Assembly (NCBI GenBank): GCA_910585435.1
Contig: CAJUEJ010000001.1
Location: forward strand, 122,286 to 186,285
Direction: 5' to 3'
Origin: an uncultured Hungatella sp.
GTDB lineage: Bacteria; Bacillota; Clostridia; Lachnospirales; Lachnospiraceae
Length of the DNA: 64,000 nucleotides
Under the pieces are notes generated by a model that saw nothing but the letters and a program-made list of their open reading frames with translations, searched no databases and was not told where the DNA came from. This document shows positions 18,644 through 29,246 of the stretch, piece by piece (position 1 is the stretch's first letter; every line of letters begins with the position of its first letter). The position numbers were made by a program, and so were the translations under genes.

Positions 18644-19876
18644 CTACCGTTTTATCAAAAGCACGGAGATATCATTTACATTGGTGCCTGTGGCCCCGGT
18701 TTTGAGCAGGCCGTCACAGCGCTCCAGGGCGTGGTAGGAATCGTTGTCCTTAAGGACGGCAAATACATCGATTCCCTGGTCTGCCAGCTGGCCGGCGGTG
18801 GTTCCGTCCACATAGCCTCCGGCAGCGTCGGTGGGGCCGTCTGTCCCGTCGGATCCCAGTGAGAAGACTGCGGTGTCCTTCATGCCGGCGATGCCCGGCG
18901 CGGCGGCCAGGGCCAGCTCCTGGTTCCGGCCTCCCAGCCCCTGGCCGGTTAAGTGCACCACCGTCTCACCGCCTGCGATGAAGGCCAGGCTTTTTGTGGT
19001 GTCCTGATGGTACTGGGCGATGTTGGCCAAGAAGGCTCCGGCCTCCCTGGCGGCGCAGGATAAGCTGGCTGTCAGCACCACCGGCTCATAGCCCAGCTGC
19101 CTGCAGGTATCCTCAGCTGCCAGACACAGCTGCCGGACGCTGCCGGTGATATGGGTTTCCACATTTTCCAGCGTCTTTGGCGTCTCTGTCTTTAGAAGAG
19201 CTTCCATCTCATCCGTCATGGTCAGATGGTATCTGGCTGCGATGTGGGATGCCTGGGCAGCAGTGGAAGAGTCCGGGTAAGCAGGGCCGGAGGCGATCAT
19301 ATCCAGGGGATCGCCGATGATATCCGACAGTACCACGGAAAATACCCTGGCAGGCCTGCACAGGGCGGCAAACTTGCCCCCTTTTACTGCAGAAAAGCGT
19401 TTGCGGATGGTGTTCATCTCCACGATATCCGCCCCGCTGGCTAAAAGCTCTCTGGTGAGTTGCTCCATGTCTTTGGTGGGAATCAGGGGTTTTTCAAACA
19501 GGGCGGATCCGCCGCCGGAGAGAAGGAACAGAACCGTATCCTCAGAGGACAGCCCGGTGACGGCATCGATAGCCGCCTGGGTGGCCCTGTAGGAATTTTC
19601 ATCAGGAACCGGATGGCCGGCCTCGAAAATCTCCATCCCTTTTAAAGGCCCCTTGCTGTGTTCATATTTTGTAATTACCACGCCCCCTGACAGCCGGTCT
19701 CCCAGCACATCAACGGCGGCCTTTGCCATCTGCCAGCCGGCCTTGCCTGCAGCCACCAAAACCAGCCGGCCTGTTCCGAAATCAGCCTGTTTTAGGGCCT
19801 TTTTAACAGCCGTGTCCGGCTGGGCGGCATGAAGGGCATTCTTAATAATACATTCAGCGTCATTGCGCAGAGTCAT
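18644..19876 (-). CDS. Glycerate 2-kinase, MOFRL/class II family
   Basis: GKAG, AGHPVPD, LSGGGSAL, SAVKGG, IASGP, GGETVV, GGRNQE, DGTDGPTDAAG, TGTNVND. Confidence 0.93.
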   Translation of the reverse strand: MTLRNDAECIIKNALHAAQPDTAVKKALKQADFGTGRLVLVAAGKAGWQMAKAAVDVLGDRLSGGVVITKYEHSKGPLKGMEIFEAGHPVPDENSYRATQAAIDAVTGLSSEDTVLFLLSGGGSALFEKPLIPTKDMEQLTRELLASGADIVEMNTIRKRFSAVKGGKFAALCRPARVFSVVLSDIIGDPLDMIASGPAYPDSSTAAQASHIAARYHLTMTDEMEALLKTETPKTLENVETHITGSVRQLCLAAEDTCRQLGYEPVVLTASLSCAAREAGAFLANIAQYHQDTTKSLAFIAGGETVVHLTGQGLGGRNQELALAAAPGIAGMKDTAVFSLGSDGTDGPTDAAGGYVDGTTAGQLADQGIDVFAVLKDNDSYHALERCDGLLKTGATGTNVNDISVLLIKR

Positions 19877-20006
19877 AATCGTCTCCTTTCCAAAACAGAA
19901 TAAGACGGATAAAAGGCCGCTGCAGCCCTTCTTTTCTTTCTGCAAAAGGCGAAGGCTGCGGCGGCCTGAACCGTCAAAACATTACGTTTTCAAAACATAC
20001 AGAAGC

Positions 20007-21362
20007 TTACACAAACAGAGATACGATAAACAGCAGGATGATAATGGTGATACCCATGACAGCTGTCATACCGGTCTGGCACTTGTAGGCTTCCTCTGTC
20101 TTCATGTCGGAGAACTGGGAAACCACCCAGAAGTAAGAGTCATTGGCATGGGATGCCACCATGGAGCCTGCGCCGATAGCCAGAACCACCAGAACACGGG
20201 CCACAGGGGAAGTAAATCCCATGGATGCCATCAGAGGAGCCATCATGCCGGCTGTGGTAATCATGGCAACAGTGGAAGCACCCATAGCCAGCTTCAGGAT
20301 CATGGCGATGATAAACGGAATCAGGATACCGATCCCTGTATTTACCAGCCCGCCTACGGAATCCGCGATAGGAAGCAGCTTTAAGATGGCGCCGAAGGAG
20401 CCGCCTGCACCGGTGATAGCCAGGATTGCGGCAGAGTCTGTAACGCCCTGGGTTACCCATTTCAGCGTATTTTCCTTCTCGCTGGACGGAATCAGGCTGG
20501 TAGCAAGGAACACGCCCAAAATCAGGGCAACCTCAGGCTTGCCGATAAAGGTAATCAGGGTAAAGAAGAAACCTGTACCAAAAGGATTGCCTGGGAAGCT
20601 GGCTACAGAAGCCAGGGCAATGAGGATAATAGGCAGCAAAATCGGGGAGAAGCTGTGGAGTGCGCCTGGCAGCTTGCCGTATTTGGCCTGCAGTTCCTCG
20701 TAGGTATATTCGGAATTGGCAGGGATATCGATCTTGCTGGAAACCTTTAACGCATAGAGAATGGCTACGATCACAGCCGGGATGGAGACCACAAGGCCGA
20801 TTAAAATAGTCAGGCCCAGATCCGCCTCCAGGGTTCCTGCCATTGCAATAGGGCCGGGAGTAGGCGGAACCAGGCAGTGGGTGGCATACAGGCCGCCGGA
20901 CAGGGCAGTAGCCATCACCGCCAGGGAGATGTTGGACTGAGATGCCAGCGCACGGCTGATAGGGGATAAAACTACAAAGCCGGAATCACAGAATACAGGG
21001 ATACCGGTAACATACCCCATGGCGCCCATTGCCACAACACTGTTTTTCTTGCCTACCAGCTTAAGGATGGTGTTGGCCATGGTTAAGGCAGCGCCGGTTT
21101 TCTCCAGAATGGTACCGATGATGGTGCCGCACAGGATGACAATACCGATGCTTGTCATGATGCTTCCGAAGCCGCTTTTTACCGTATCAATGGTGACTGC
21201 AGGAGTTAAACCGGAATCGGGGTAGAGAATGCCCCAAACCAGACCTACCAGCATGGCGATCACCGTCATCACGATAAAGGGGTGAAGCTTCAGCTTGGAA
21301 ATGGCGACGACCATCAAAACCACGGACAGGATGATCAGCGCGAAGAGTAAAAATGTTTGCAT
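20007..21362 (-). CDS. GntP-family sugar-acid permease
   Basis: KLKLHPF, IPVFCDSGF, LVPPTPGP, SHANDSYFW. Confidence 0.93.
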   Translation of the reverse strand: MQTFLLFALIILSVVLMVVAISKLKLHPFIVMTVIAMLVGLVWGILYPDSGLTPAVTIDTVKSGFGSIMTSIGIVILCGTIIGTILEKTGAALTMANTILKLVGKKNSVVAMGAMGYVTGIPVFCDSGFVVLSPISRALASQSNISLAVMATALSGGLYATHCLVPPTPGPIAMAGTLEADLGLTILIGLVVSIPAVIVAILYALKVSSKIDIPANSEYTYEELQAKYGKLPGALHSFSPILLPIILIALASVASFPGNPFGTGFFFTLITFIGKPEVALILGVFLATSLIPSSEKENTLKWVTQGVTDSAAILAITGAGGSFGAILKLLPIADSVGGLVNTGIGILIPFIIAMILKLAMGASTVAMITTAGMMAPLMASMGFTSPVARVLVVLAIGAGSMVASHANDSYFWVVSQFSDMKTEEAYKCQTGMTAVMGITIIILLFIVSLFV

Positions 21363-21397
21363 AACGTTACCTCCTTATTGCTTTTTATTACAAAGCT

Positions 21398-22519
21398 TCA
21401 AGTGCTTTGTTTTCGTTTGTGGTACTCCAGAAGGAGCCGGATCAGATATTCCTGCTGGAAGGCCGTACATTTTTTCAGATCCAGCACTTCAAGAAGCCGG
21501 CGTATCCGGTATTGAAGGGTATTTTTATGGATAAACAAATCCTTTGCAGCCTGGGATACGCTGCGGCTGCAGTCATAATAGCTCCGTGCCGTGACAAGGA
21601 TGGAGGTCAGCTCCGGCTCATGGAAAACAGCCGTCAGCTTATGGTACAAGCCCTCCATAAAGTCTTCACAGCAGGCAGAGGTGGTATAAAGCATATAGTC
21701 ACACCGGGTGGACAGCTGCCCGATATCATTAAACGGCATTTCAGACATCCGATCCAGGGCGGAGGCCTGTTCATACCCCTGATGGATATCCCAGATGCTC
21801 AGGCACGGGTCGCTGATGCTTAAACGGCAGTGCTGAAAAAATATGTTGGAATCCTCCTCCTTCAGCCGCCGCCATGAAGCGCCGCCTTCTTTTCGCAGAA
21901 GGATCAGCCGGTCATTTACCATGCCCCATACATCCTGCCCTGTCTTAAGCAGCTGGTGTCCGGAGAGGAAATCGATGAGATGGGCCTGCTCCATGCCGTA
22001 AGTATCATCCAGAAAGGAGATGACTTCCACCGTAAGAGGAAACTCCAGATGAAGCTTCATAGAATCCATCAGCGCCTGGGCCTGGCCGATGGATTCCCTG
22101 GTGGGCATCAGAAGAAAGCCTAACAGCCGGCTTCGCAGCTCGCTTTCCGCCAGCCTGGGCCTGGCGATGGCTTCCAGCTGATAATACTTGGCGGCATATA
22201 CTTCCAAAAGCTTGGCAAGATACTGGATCTCGGAGGGCTCTCCCCGCAGCCCAACCACACCTATGGTAGAGCCTCCTACCCGCAGCGGCATGTTTAAGCC
22301 TTCTCTGGCGCCGGGATACTGCTTTAGCTGGTCGGAACGGATACTGACCAGTTTGCCGAACCGTGCGGCCTCCAGCGCCCCCTGATGAAACGTTCCGATA
22401 CGGGATTGTTCGGTGGAAGCCACGATGATCCCGTCTGTGTTCATGATATTGACGGTGCGGCCTCCTACCAGGGAGGAGGTGACCTCCACCAGTTCCTTGG
22501 CTAAATCCTCTAAAAGCAT
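21398..22519 (-). CDS. CdaR (sugar diacid recognition) regulator
   Basis: NIMNTDGIIVAS..RIGTFHQGA, GLNMPL, C-terminal LFIHKNTLQYRI. Confidence 0.92.
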   Translation of the reverse strand: MLLEDLAKELVEVTSSLVGGRTVNIMNTDGIIVASTEQSRIGTFHQGALEAARFGKLVSIRSDQLKQYPGAREGLNMPLRVGGSTIGVVGLRGEPSEIQYLAKLLEVYAAKYYQLEAIARPRLAESELRSRLLGFLLMPTRESIGQAQALMDSMKLHLEFPLTVEVISFLDDTYGMEQAHLIDFLSGHQLLKTGQDVWGMVNDRLILLRKEGGASWRRLKEEDSNIFFQHCRLSISDPCLSIWDIHQGYEQASALDRMSEMPFNDIGQLSTRCDYMLYTTSACCEDFMEGLYHKLTAVFHEPELTSILVTARSYYDCSRSVSQAAKDLFIHKNTLQYRIRRLLEVLDLKKCTAFQQEYLIRLLLEYHKRKQST

Positions 22520-22522
22520 GGC

Positions 22523-23353
22523 TTAACCAAGAAAAATACAGTCGCCTGCAGCCAGATGGCATCCCAGGATATCCGGCGTCTGGCAGACTGCCTGTTCTGC
22601 CGGTTCTCCGGAGCAATGGCTGAGTCCTAATGTCTTAAGCCCCATCTGTTTTAGTGCGTCTACTGTGGCCTTAATCCGTTCACCGTCTGCCTCCACCAGA
22701 TGGACGCCACCGAACACTGCCGATACAGGCTTGGACAGCCGTGTGTGAATATGCTTAATCATATTGAGGATGCCTGGATGGGAACAGCCGGCCAGCACGG
22801 CCAGAGAATCTCCGGTATCCAGGACAAGACAAATCTCATCGCAGAAGTCATCAGGGATAAAACCGTCTTCTGTCTGTCGGACAAACCGTTTGGGAATGGT
22901 CTCAAACCCATGGGTTCTGGGAAATCCGGCAGCTAAAAAAATGCCGGGAAATAGTTCTGTCATATCTGTTATTACCTGATGGCGGATGCCGTGTTCTGCT
23001 AGAAAACCAGTATCAAAGCCGCAGGACAGATCCGTATACCGCACACCATCAAAGGCGAATTTGGGCTGGAAAAAATCAGGGCCGGTGCAGAGTAAGGGGC
23101 TGCCGCCTCCAAGTTCGATAAGATCCCGGTATCCGGCCCCGTGATCGTAATGGCTGTGGCTTAAGACCACGGCATCCAGATGATGTAACTTGCGTCCCAA
23201 TTTTCTTGCGTTGTACCAGAAACCAGGGCCAGATCCGCAGTCGAAAAGAAGGCGGTGTTCCTCCCATTCCAGCAGATACGAAAGCCCGTGTTCTGCGATG
23301 AGAGCTTTGTTTTCAGAGTGGTTGTTATCCATCAGTGCTGTGATGCGTACCAT
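22523..23353 (-). CDS. MBL-fold metallo-hydrolase
   Basis: EHGLS, LFDCG, LSHSHYDHG, GCSHPG, GGVHL, HCSG. Confidence 0.9.
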   Translation of the reverse strand: MVRITALMDNNHSENKALIAEHGLSYLLEWEEHRLLFDCGSGPGFWYNARKLGRKLHHLDAVVLSHSHYDHGAGYRDLIELGGGSPLLCTGPDFFQPKFAFDGVRYTDLSCGFDTGFLAEHGIRHQVITDMTELFPGIFLAAGFPRTHGFETIPKRFVRQTEDGFIPDDFCDEICLVLDTGDSLAVLAGCSHPGILNMIKHIHTRLSKPVSAVFGGVHLVEADGERIKATVDALKQMGLKTLGLSHCSGEPAEQAVCQTPDILGCHLAAGDCIFLG

Positions 23354-23428
23354 CGGTTATACCCTGCCCTTTCGCTGTTTTTAGTAAATATTGATAATTA
23401 AAATGCTGTATTTATCTTTTGTATAGTC

Positions 23429-23525
23429 ATTATAACGGATACATATTGGGATTTCAAGGAAAAGTTATTGGTTTAGGTACCAAAACATGGCTTCTGTTTT
23501 AAGAAAGTTTTGTTCTGGAAACAAA
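23429..23525 (-). promoter_or_regulatory. Operon promoter with two upstream palindromes (candidate CdaR sites)
   Basis: TTGAAA-N17-TATAAT (minus); ttggt-N6-accaa at 23468-23483 and tttgtt-N5-aacaaa at 23509-23525. Confidence 0.55.
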
Positions 23526-23635
23526 AAGTATACAAAGACAGAGGGGAAACTTGTGCAGTTTATGGGAAAAGTGTATAATAATAGAGCCAATATATAGCAA
23601 GGCATAAGAATGTATATGACAGAAAAGAAGAGGAG

Positions 23636-24451
23636 ATGAATATGATTCGTGGATTCTGGCAGAGCAGGCTGGCTGTGTATGGATCGGTTGCTGCAGCTGT
23701 AGTGTTTAGTCTGGCAGTTTGGATATATGATAAAGGAAAGCCTGTGTATATTCCTGTCATAGCTATTATACTTGTGACAGGGCTGTGCCTGGCGGCGGGA
23801 CAGATAGCCGCAAAGATCATTGCTGACTGTATGAATACCAGATGCTTAAGCCTTCTCCATGTGGAACTGGATCCGGAGGCATTTTTGCGTGTGTATGAAA
23901 AAGTACCCGGACTGCTGAAAAAGGGAAGCAAAGAGTATGTGTTATCTTGCGCTTATCTTGCACAGGGGTATGCTGCCATCGGAGAATATGACCGGGCCAT
24001 AGATGCGCTGTGCCCGGATTATTTCGGAGGAAAAGGGGAGAATCAGGCTTTGAAAGGATTGTATTTTTATAGCCTTGCCTCCTATGCGTTGTCGGGGCAG
24101 CGGTTAGAAGAAGCCCAAAAGGCTATGGAAGGGTTAAGGCAGGTGGCTGAGGACAGCAGAAAGCAGAATCCAAAGCTGTCTCAAAATATGGAGGAAAGCC
24201 TTCTTCAGTGTCAAAACCGTCTGGCCTGTTTTAAGGGGGAGAGCGTGGATCCCCAATGGTTAAAAATACAGCTTAAAAATGTTCCTTTTGCTCTTAAGAG
24301 GCTGGAGATTCTGGAAATTCTTGTAAGGCAGGAGATGGCTGAGGGAAATAAAAAGGAGGCCTTAAGATGGCTGGATGAAATGGAAAAGCAGAGTGGGAAG
24401 ACCTGCTATAGGAAACGGGCTGGAAAGTTAAGAGATGATGTCTGCAAGTGA
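23636..24451 (+). CDS. Membrane-anchored TPR-like hypothetical protein
   Basis: Two N-terminal TM segments, helical repeats (LAQGYAAIGEYDRAI); RBS gaggag. Confidence 0.65.
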   Translation: MNMIRGFWQSRLAVYGSVAAAVVFSLAVWIYDKGKPVYIPVIAIILVTGLCLAAGQIAAKIIADCMNTRCLSLLHVELDPEAFLRVYEKVPGLLKKGSKEYVLSCAYLAQGYAAIGEYDRAIDALCPDYFGGKGENQALKGLYFYSLASYALSGQRLEEAQKAMEGLRQVAEDSRKQNPKLSQNMEESLLQCQNRLACFKGESVDPQWLKIQLKNVPFALKRLEILEILVRQEMAEGNKKEALRWLDEMEKQSGKTCYRKRAGKLRDDVCK

Positions 24452-24652
24452 CTTATTGGGGGTTACATGTTTGACGTTTCTGTGATATAATTTTTGTTGT
24501 ATCAACGAGCTTGACCGCATAAAAGAATAACAGTATGAAAGTCAGCCCCTAAGATGCCCTTGGTCCAAGTGTTTTTAACATAAAGACTGAGGGTGTTTTG
24601 CATGACAAAACTTTCACAACTTATTTGTATCTTGGAAAGAAATGGTGAAAAT

Positions 24653-26248
24653 ATGAAGAAATTTTGGCTTTATTTGGCTGTGCCTGCAGTTTTGTTAAAC
24701 GGTTGCCAGCGGCAGAGAGCTGCTTTAAAAGAAGCAGAAAGCTTGGCTGTGGAGAGCGTAGAAAGTGAAAGGTGTGAAGGCGAAGACAGTGAGAGCATTC
24801 TGGAGAAAGTGGAAAACGAAAAAAGGAGGCAGGAGACAGATGAGAGTCCTGAAACCAAGTCTGAAATTACAGACAGTTTCACTGCCGGCAATGAAATTGT
24901 CAGCGGTGAAACCAGCCGAAGTGAAACCGGCAACAGTGAAGCTGGAAAAAAGCAGGTAAAGGAGGCTCCGTTTTTTGGCTCTACGGTTTCTATTGTCCAA
25001 TCAGAAAAGGCACAGGCATCCCAGATTACGGAGGAAGAGATCGAATCCATGGTTCGGGAGGCGGCATGGGATTTGCATACGGTAGTGAAGAACGGGCAGA
25101 CCGTAGTGCTTAAACCCAATCTGGTGCAGATGATCGTGGATTCCACAGGAGAGATTCTGGAGCAGGAGGTAAATGGGATCACGACAGACTGGCGTGTGGC
25201 CAAGGCGGTTGTCAAGATGGTGAGAGAGTTAAATCCTGACGGAAAAGTATATATTATGGAAGGTTCCGCCACAGGCCCTACCAGAAAGGTGATGGAACAC
25301 TATCATTATACAGAAGAATATATGGAGGGTGTGGACGGATTTATCTGCCTGGAGGAAGACTGCGGAGGCTGGAAGGATTTTGAAGCCCGGGAAGTGGTAA
25401 AGGTGGATACGCCGGACGGGCTTTTGCACAAGTCCTATTATTTTAACAGGATCCTTTACGACGCAGATGTGGTTATCAGCATTCCTGCGCTTAAAACCAC
25501 TTCCGGGGTGGTGGTGACAGCAGGAATCAAAAATGTCAGCATCGGAACACCTCCTGGCAATTTATACGGCATAGGGCCGGACATCCCAAGCAAGCAGCGG
25601 ATGGTCTCTCATAAGATTGTGGACGGGGAGCTGGATAAATGGATATACGATTATTATAAGGCGAAGCCGGTAAACTATGTGATCGTAGACGGACTTCAGG
25701 GCTTTCAAAGCGGGCCGGTTCCCATGTCCTCCCAGAAAAGAGAGACGGATAAGATGAATATGCGGCTTGTGCTTGCCGGAAAGGATCCGGTGGCTGTGGA
25801 TACAGTATGCTGTCTGGTTATGGGATGGGATCCGGAAAGTGTAGGATATCTGAACTTATTTCGGGAGAAGGACGGCCTGGGAAAATTGACGGATCTTCGT
25901 GTCAGAGGAGTCTATGTAGATCAGGTGAGGAAACATTTTACCATCTTTAAAGAAAACCTGGGAGGAGTTCCCATTGAGGATGGGGAAGGGCCGGATTTTT
26001 CTGCTGAGGTGGAAACAGATGGGAATCAGATTACGATTCATTATCAGGCAGAAGAGGGAACCAGTAAGATAGAGGTTTGGGTGGATGGGATGTTTCAATG
26101 TTTAAAAGAGGCTGAGGAGGAAGGGCAGATTCACCTGGTAGTGCCGGATTTTTCAGAGGGGGATCATGAAATCAGGATAGTGGCATTTGATCGGTTTTTG
26201 AATAAAACCGTATATGAGATTGCAGCAGAAGGATCTTCCAATTCATAA
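24653..26248 (+). CDS. DUF362-domain lipoprotein
   Basis: Lipobox LNGC; VVLKPNLV, TTDWRV, EGS, ISIPALKT, GIKN, IVDG, DPVAVD; beta-rich C-terminal domain. Confidence 0.8.
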   Translation: MKKFWLYLAVPAVLLNGCQRQRAALKEAESLAVESVESERCEGEDSESILEKVENEKRRQETDESPETKSEITDSFTAGNEIVSGETSRSETGNSEAGKKQVKEAPFFGSTVSIVQSEKAQASQITEEEIESMVREAAWDLHTVVKNGQTVVLKPNLVQMIVDSTGEILEQEVNGITTDWRVAKAVVKMVRELNPDGKVYIMEGSATGPTRKVMEHYHYTEEYMEGVDGFICLEEDCGGWKDFEAREVVKVDTPDGLLHKSYYFNRILYDADVVISIPALKTTSGVVVTAGIKNVSIGTPPGNLYGIGPDIPSKQRMVSHKIVDGELDKWIYDYYKAKPVNYVIVDGLQGFQSGPVPMSSQKRETDKMNMRLVLAGKDPVAVDTVCCLVMGWDPESVGYLNLFREKDGLGKLTDLRVRGVYVDQVRKHFTIFKENLGGVPIEDGEGPDFSAEVETDGNQITIHYQAEEGTSKIEVWVDGMFQCLKEAEEEGQIHLVVPDFSEGDHEIRIVAFDRFLNKTVYEIAAEGSSNS

Positions 26249-26277
26249 TTGCAAGAATACTTATCTGATGATAAAAT
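26249..26277 (+). promoter_or_regulatory. sigmaA-type promoter of SBP-MCP-capA
   Basis: TTGCAA-N17-TAAAAT with extended TG. Confidence 0.6.
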
Positions 26278-26316
26278 AGAGACATAAAATATTTATGACA
26301 CACGGAGAATGAAGGT

Positions 26317-27606
26317 ATGAAAAAGAAATATTATCCATGGATTTTAATGGCGGTTTCCCTTGTAACCGCCGTTAGCCTGACTGGCTGTGGAAAGAGCAGG
26401 GAGACCGGCAGAAAGGAGGCACAGGCCGGTCAGCTGTCTGAGGAAAATCAGGGCAAAGAAGGAACGGATATTTTGGAGACAGTGGAGCTGACTGTCTGGG
26501 GGGCGGAGGAGGATGAAGAGCTGTTAAAGCAGATCATCGATGGCTTCAAGGAAACGTATCAGGGGCAGGCGGATTTTTCCATTACGTATAAACCTCAGGG
26601 GGAAAGCGGATGCAAGGATGTCCTTATAGCGGATTTGGAGGCCGGGGCAGACGTGTTTGCGTTTGCAGATGACCAGCTGAATACTTTGGTGGCAGCCGGG
26701 GCGCTGGAACCAGTGGAAGAGGGGGAAAACCTGAAGACGGCCAATATAAAGGAAGCAGTTGAGGCCGCCTCGGTGGGCGGCACATTGTATGCATACCCGC
26801 TGACTGCGGATAACGGATATTTTCTATATTATAATAAAGAGTATTTTACCCAGGAAGATATAAAATCTCTGGACCGGATGCTTGAAATTGCGGAGGAAAA
26901 TGGGAAAGTTATTTCCATGGACTGGTCCTCGGCATGGTATGTCTATGCCTTTTTTGGCAATACGGGACTTGAGGTAGGCTTAAATGAGGACGGGATTACC
27001 AACTACTGTACATGGAACGGGACAGATGGTGCTATAAAAGGCACAGATGTGGCAAATTCCATGTTAAGGATTGCAGCCAGCCCTGGCTTTGCCAGCCTGA
27101 ATGACGAGGGCTTCTTAAAGGGAGTCCAGGATGGTTCTGTCATTGCAGGAGTCAGCGGTGTATGGAATGCCCTGGCTGTGGAGGAGGCATGGGAGGAGGG
27201 GTATGGCGCGGCCAGGCTGCCATCGTATACCTGCGCAGGAGAGCAGGTGCAGATGGCATCATTTTCCGGTTACAAGCTGGTGGGGGTCAACGCATATTCC
27301 AAGCATTATGACTGGGCCTGTAGGATGGCAGAGTGGATCACCAATCAGTCCAACCAGGAGCTGCGTTTCCAGATGAGAGGACAGGGCCCTTCCAATAAAA
27401 ATGCTGCTGCGTCCAAAGCAGTACAGCAGTCCCCGGCTATCGTGGCTCTTTTAGAGCAGTCGGAATTTTCAAAGCTCCAGCGGATAGGCGGCAATTTCTG
27501 GACCCCTGTGGAGACATTTTCAAAAAATATGGCTGCAGGTAATCCGGACAATGGAAACCTTCAGGAGCTGCTGGATAAGATGGTAGAAGGCGTTACAGCC
27601 CCGTAA
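26317..27606 (+). CDS. Extracellular solute-binding lipoprotein (maltose/arabinogalactan-like)
   Basis: Lipobox LTGC; LTVW, ADVFAFADDQ, LYAYP, LYYNK. Confidence 0.88.
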   Translation: MKKKYYPWILMAVSLVTAVSLTGCGKSRETGRKEAQAGQLSEENQGKEGTDILETVELTVWGAEEDEELLKQIIDGFKETYQGQADFSITYKPQGESGCKDVLIADLEAGADVFAFADDQLNTLVAAGALEPVEEGENLKTANIKEAVEAASVGGTLYAYPLTADNGYFLYYNKEYFTQEDIKSLDRMLEIAEENGKVISMDWSSAWYVYAFFGNTGLEVGLNEDGITNYCTWNGTDGAIKGTDVANSMLRIAASPGFASLNDEGFLKGVQDGSVIAGVSGVWNALAVEEAWEEGYGAARLPSYTCAGEQVQMASFSGYKLVGVNAYSKHYDWACRMAEWITNQSNQELRFQMRGQGPSNKNAAASKAVQQSPAIVALLEQSEFSKLQRIGGNFWTPVETFSKNMAAGNPDNGNLQELLDKMVEGVTAP

Positions 27607-27620
27607 CAAGGAGGATAAAG

Positions 27621-29207
27621 ATGATGAAGAACATGAGTATTAAAAATCGTTTGATCCTGCCGATCATCCTGCTGGGGATGGTGGCGCTTATCTCTAATCT
27701 TCTGGCGGTGATCAATATCAGCAATGTAAATGGGAATGCGGCAAGGATTACGGACAATTATATGGCCGGGAAGGATAAGCTGGCTCAAATCAGCCAATCG
27801 GTGTTAAACATTCACAAGATGGCATTGTCACATATCGTTGCAACGGATTATGAGACCATGATAACTGTGGTGGAGCAGATCAAGGAGGAGGAGGCTCTGC
27901 TGGATGTTATGCTGGAAGAGTACGGAACATATGTGACTCAGGAAGATAATGCGGAGTATGAGGGACTTTTGTCAGATTACGATTCCTTTAAACATGCCCT
28001 GGTTCATCTGGTATGTTTCAGCGCCAACCATAATACAGCAGAGGCGTATGCCTGTGCCAATGAGGAGGTGGCTGATTTTGGCAATGCCATAGACCATCGC
28101 ATTGACAGCCTGAGCGATTCAATCAGCCATCAGACCTCACAGGCAAGAAGGCGCCTGATGATTGTCTATGTATTTTCTCTTCTGGTAAGCGCTGCTTCAG
28201 TGGCTGCCTGTGCGGGTCTGGTGCTTGCAGCGGTGAAGCTGATAAAAAACTATGTGATAACGCCAATAACCAGTATTCTGGGTACTATACGGGACAGCTC
28301 AGTGAGGGTGGAGGATATGGTAGGAGAAGTGCTTTCGCGGACCAGATCTTCTGAGAGCAGCGCGGCAGGATTGTCAGCTTTGGCAGAAGAGATGTCTGCC
28401 ACAGTTCAGGAGGTAGCCAGCAATGCGGCCATTATTAACGGCCATGTAGAAGAAGTGAATCAGGATGTAAATGATATTGTCTCCGAGTGCAGGGCTATCA
28501 CCGATTATACAGTAGGTATGAAGGCCAGGGCAGATGATATGGAGAAAAGCGCTCAAGCTAATATGGAGGAGACCAGCACAAAATCAGCTCTGATGCTGGA
28601 GGCTCTTAACCAGGCGATCGAACAGAGTAAAAGCGTGGATCAGATCGACAGCTTAACAGATGAGATTCTGAGGATTGTCCAAAGAACGCAGCTGATTGCG
28701 CTGAATGCCACGGTGGAAGCCGCCAATGCCGGTGCGGCTGGAAAAGGATTTGCCGTAGTAGCCGGGGAAGTGCGCCAGCTGGCAGATTCCAGCAAAGAAG
28801 CTGCCAACCGGATTCAGCAGGTAAATCAGGTGGTTACCTCAGCCGTGTACAATCTTTCCGATCATGCAAATGAGCTGATCCATTATATGAACCAGTTTGT
28901 CCTTGAAGAATTCAGGGAGTTTGTCCGAACAGGAAGCAGATACAGAGAGGATGCGGATTATGTGAAACAGGCTATGGACGCCTTCCATGAAAGGACGGAT
29001 CGTCTTTGCAGCTCCATGGATGAGATTGTTGCGTCTATGGGAAGTATCAGCAAAGCCATCGAGGACGAAGCATCAGGAATCACAGGGATGGCAGGCAGCA
29101 CCAGGGACCTGGCGTCCAACATGGAGGACATCACAAAACGCATGGGAGTAAATCAGAAGATAGTGGGAGAGCTTAAAAAGGAGACGGCTGTTTTTGATAA
29201 CCTGTAA
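27621..29207 (+). CDS. Methyl-accepting chemotaxis protein (4-helix-bundle sensor)
   Basis: Two TMs flanking a helical sensor; IALNATVEAANAGAAGKGFAVVAGEVRQLA signalling hairpin. Confidence 0.92.
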   Translation: MMKNMSIKNRLILPIILLGMVALISNLLAVINISNVNGNAARITDNYMAGKDKLAQISQSVLNIHKMALSHIVATDYETMITVVEQIKEEEALLDVMLEEYGTYVTQEDNAEYEGLLSDYDSFKHALVHLVCFSANHNTAEAYACANEEVADFGNAIDHRIDSLSDSISHQTSQARRRLMIVYVFSLLVSAASVAACAGLVLAAVKLIKNYVITPITSILGTIRDSSVRVEDMVGEVLSRTRSSESSAAGLSALAEEMSATVQEVASNAAIINGHVEEVNQDVNDIVSECRAITDYTVGMKARADDMEKSAQANMEETSTKSALMLEALNQAIEQSKSVDQIDSLTDEILRIVQRTQLIALNATVEAANAGAAGKGFAVVAGEVRQLADSSKEAANRIQQVNQVVTSAVYNLSDHANELIHYMNQFVLEEFREFVRTGSRYREDADYVKQAMDAFHERTDRLCSSMDEIVASMGSISKAIEDEASGITGMAGSTRDLASNMEDITKRMGVNQKIVGELKKETAVFDNL

Positions 29208-29246
29208 AAGCAAGAACAGAATCTGAAACTGGGGGAACTAAAGAGA

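Noticed and set aside
24900..24950. 15-nt repeats (gtgaaacc..) in the DUF362 gene
   Set aside because: Ordinary low-complexity linker coding (SET/SEA units)
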